This document shows, in pieces, positions 30,535 through 32,732 of a stretch of 32,732 nt of DNA. Where the stretch lies: the NCBI GenBank assembly GCA_002469975.1, contig DKMG01000007.1:1-32732 (forward strand), in the 5' to 3' direction. The notes beneath the pieces were generated by a model. The model saw only the letters and a list, made by a program, of their open reading frames with translations, was not told the origin of the DNA and ran no database searches. How positions within the stretch are numbered: position 1 is the first letter of the stretch; every line of letters starts with the position of its first letter. Both the position numbers and the translations under genes were made by a program. The DNA is from Proteobacteria bacterium UBA7420 (GTDB taxonomy: Bacteria; Pseudomonadota; Gammaproteobacteria; Magnimaribacterales; D2472).

Positions 30535-31152
30535 ATGAAAGAGTTAACAAAACAACAGTCAAAAGTTCTAGCTTGTGTAGAAGTTTATCTTAATAAAACA
30601 GGTTTTCCACCAACCAGAGCTGAAATCTGTAAAGAGCTTGGATTTAAGTCACCCAATGCTGCTGAGATGCACTTAAGAGCGCTAGAAAAAAAAGGCTATA
30701 TTGCAATTCAAAGTGGATCCTCAAGAGGCCTGTCAATTGTTAAAAGTCAGCAATCATTTGAACCCGTTAGCGATAGTGTTCCAGTTATTGGTCTAGTTGC
30801 TGCAGGGTCGCCGACTTTGGCCGAAGAAAATATTGAAAAAAGAATTTCATGCGATCCAAGTCTCTTTGCAGAAGGATTTGATTATTTTTTAAAGGTCAAA
30901 GGATTGAGCATGATAGACGCAGGCATTCATGAAGATGACTTGGTGGCTGTTAAGAAGACAACACAGGTTAAAAACGGTGATTTGGTTGTTGTAAGAATTG
31001 AAGACGAGGTGACCTTAAAATACTTTAATCAACAAGATCATCTGCTAGAGCTCATTCCAGCCAATAAAGATTTCTCTACGATTAAAATCGATCTTAGAGA
31101 GCAAGAAGCTTTTGTGGAAGGTAAAAGTGTGGGCTTAATTAGGACTCACTAA
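30535..31152 (+). CDS. lexA: SOS repressor LexA
   Basis: LT..Q..., GFPPTRAEI...LGFKSPNAAE.HL.AL, cleavage site VAAG, catalytic GLSM and VTLK. Confidence 0.97.
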   Translation: MKELTKQQSKVLACVEVYLNKTGFPPTRAEICKELGFKSPNAAEMHLRALEKKGYIAIQSGSSRGLSIVKSQQSFEPVSDSVPVIGLVAAGSPTLAEENIEKRISCDPSLFAEGFDYFLKVKGLSMIDAGIHEDDLVAVKKTTQVKNGDLVVVRIEDEVTLKYFNQQDHLLELIPANKDFSTIKIDLREQEAFVEGKSVGLIRTH

Positions 31153-31406
31153 TGTAAAGTGACGGGTTTTTTGCGCAAACTTTGTTTGTGGCTATCAAAA
31201 AAATCATCGAAATCTATCGCATTGCCACTCACGCTCTCTATTCCAGCGCGTATCATTTCTTTTGCTACAGATAGCTCCTCGCCATTTAAAAACTCCTTAG
31301 ACTCTCCAGAAAATTCAATTTTTACAATTGGGTGCTCATGGTCATCTGATCGCCTTAGCACAATAGTGCCATCTGGTAGCTGTGTTAATTCTAAATAATT
31401 TGACAT
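31149..31406 (-). CDS. small conserved hypothetical protein, 85 aa
   Basis: Clean ORF with an SD-like AGGGA. The pattern YLE..LPDG.I.LRR.D....V.I.FS.E.K.FL......VAK.M..G...xLH resembles uncharacterised gammaproteobacterial proteins (from memory, not searched). Confidence 0.7.
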   Translation of the reverse strand: MSNYLELTQLPDGTIVLRRSDDHEHPIVKIEFSGESKEFLNGEELSVAKEMIRAGIESVSGNAIDFDDFFDSHKQSLRKKPVTLH

Positions 31407-31503
31407 AGATATATTCCCTAAACTGTAACACTCTTCAAAATGATAGTGAAGACCTTGCTCTAGTGACTTATATGGGAATAAACTGAACTAATTCAAGTAA
31501 TAG

Positions 31504-32732
31504 CTACTTAGAAACCTCAACCCATTTTGTACCATTATGAGTCGCCGTATTGCCAGTTTTTTTGCCATCTTTTTCAGATGCAAGGTAATGAGTATCCTCT
31601 ACTTTGTTATAGCGAATGATGTAAGGGTTCCCTTCAGAATCTTTTTTTGATGCTTCTAGAAGATGTAAGTGCTTCATTGGGTCCTCTAGATACTTGCAAG
31701 CGTCTATCAGGCTATCTTTGGATACAGCAGAAAGGAATTCTTCAGCAGTTGGTGCTCGCGTTTCGCGATTCTTAGGATATTTACTTGCAGCTAAAAATAA
31801 GCCTTTCATGCTATCTCTAAGCAAGTAAAAGTCTTCGAACTTCGTGCAGGGTATATCAGTGGTAATAGGCTCCATGACTATTGGCTTTGGCTCACCGTTA
31901 CGTTGTAACGCTCTGGTAGTACCGCAGTTATCATTCATGCAGCCAAAGTACTTGCCAAACCTACCTGTCTTTAATTGCATCTCTGAACCACATTTGTGGC
32001 AAGAAAGAGTGGGGCCATCATAGCCTTTGATCTTAAACGCACCCTCCTCAACCTCAAACCCAGCACAGTCGGGATTATTTGAGCACACATGAAGTTTATG
32101 ATTTTCATCAAGCAGATAATTATCCATGCTTAGGTCGCATGTTGCGCACCTTCGCTTGGTCACTAGGTGTTGGGCTTCTTCTTGATCATCGATGCTTACA
32201 GCTTCGTCACCAGATATTAAATTGAGTGTTTTTTTGCATTGCTCATCATCGGGGAGGCTGTAACCTGCACAACCTAAGAAAACTCCATTGCTTGCATTCC
32301 GAATCGTTAATTTATTCTTTTTGCAATCAGGGCAATTGATATTTGTAAGAGTGGGTAAATTGGGCGCCATGCCGGTCTCTTCATCCATAGCGTTCAATAA
32401 GTCATCTTTAAATGCTGAATAATAGGAATCAAGAACTTCTTTCCAATTTAATTCTCCATTAGCAACACGATCTAGCTGATTTTCAAAATTAGCTGTAAAA
32501 CTGTAATCCATAATATCGTCAAATGAACTAACCAACCTATCCGAGACTATCATTCCAATTTTCTTAACAAAAAAGCGTCTGTTTTCAACCTCAACATAAC
32601 CTCGATCTTGAATCGTGGAGATAATATTTGCATATGTTGAAGGCCTGCCAATTCCTTTCTTTTCAAGCTCTTTAACCAGAGCAGCTTCTGAAAAACGCGC
32701 AGGTGGTTTGGTGTATTTTTGTTTGTTGTCCA
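31504..32732 (-). CDS. topA: DNA topoisomerase I, 3' portion; 5' end lies beyond the window
   Basis: Frame stays open to the window edge: TKPPARFSEAALVKELEKKGIGRPSTYA..I..IQDRGYV, Y.FTA..E..LD, three 4-Cys zinc ribbons and degenerate ribbons (FLAASKYPKNRETRAP). Confidence 0.97.
   Translation of the reverse strand, partial: DNKQKYTKPPARFSEAALVKELEKKGIGRPSTYANIISTIQDRGYVEVENRRFFVKKIGMIVSDRLVSSFDDIMDYSFTANFENQLDRVANGELNWKEVLDSYYSAFKDDLLNAMDEETGMAPNLPTLTNINCPDCKKNKLTIRNASNGVFLGCAGYSLPDDEQCKKTLNLISGDEAVSIDDQEEAQHLVTKRRCATCDLSMDNYLLDENHKLHVCSNNPDCAGFEVEEGAFKIKGYDGPTLSCHKCGSEMQLKTGRFGKYFGCMNDNCGTTRALQRNGEPKPIVMEPITTDIPCTKFEDFYLLRDSMKGLFLAASKYPKNRETRAPTAEEFLSAVSKDSLIDACKYLEDPMKHLHLLEASKKDSEGNPYIIRYNKVEDTHYLASEKDGKKTGNTATHNGTKWVEVSK

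Noticed and set aside
31504-32553. Stand-alone multi-zinc-ribbon protein of 349 aa
   Set aside because: The frame is open to the window edge and carries TopA core motifs; this is the normal C-terminus of topoisomerase I.
1-32732. CRISPR array, tandem repeats, riboswitches, toxin-antitoxin or anti-phage systems
   Set aside because: Nearly all sequence is accounted for by recognisable genes, intergenic gaps are at most about 125 nt, and no repeated units were seen by eye. A computational repeat and Rfam scan was not possible.

Overview
AT-rich, very tightly packed core-chromosome segment of a gammaproteobacterium. Gene order and compaction suggest a streamlined marine lineage such as SAR86; this is inference, since no rRNA marker is in the window. 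Contents in order: 3' part of tRNA-Asn, an SDR, cysS, ppiB-lpxH, a LexA-controlled umuDC pair, a DUF1289-like gene, acnB, a ~13.3 kb minus-strand run (aroC-leuC-leuD-leuB-asd-fimV-truA-trpF-trpB-trpA-accD-dedD-cvpA-purF, lacking folC), an atypical SDR divergent from a lipoprotein Ntn-acylase, prpBCD, queH, thrH, a 5'-nucleotidase, lexA, a small conserved hypothetical gene and the 3' part of topA. I found no integrase, transposase, CRISPR array, prophage or defence system, and no clearly new multi-gene system. Best leads: (1) a cyclophilin gene with two plausible in-frame starts, giving exported and cytoplasmic forms; (2) a umuD SOS box embedded in a perfect 16-bp-arm palindrome ending 3 nt before the start codon; (3) Val-Gly at the UmuD cleavage site; (4) clean absence of folC; (5) a Tyr-less SDR/acylase pair beside the methylcitrate genes. 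All calls come from motif recognition by eye; no searches were run.
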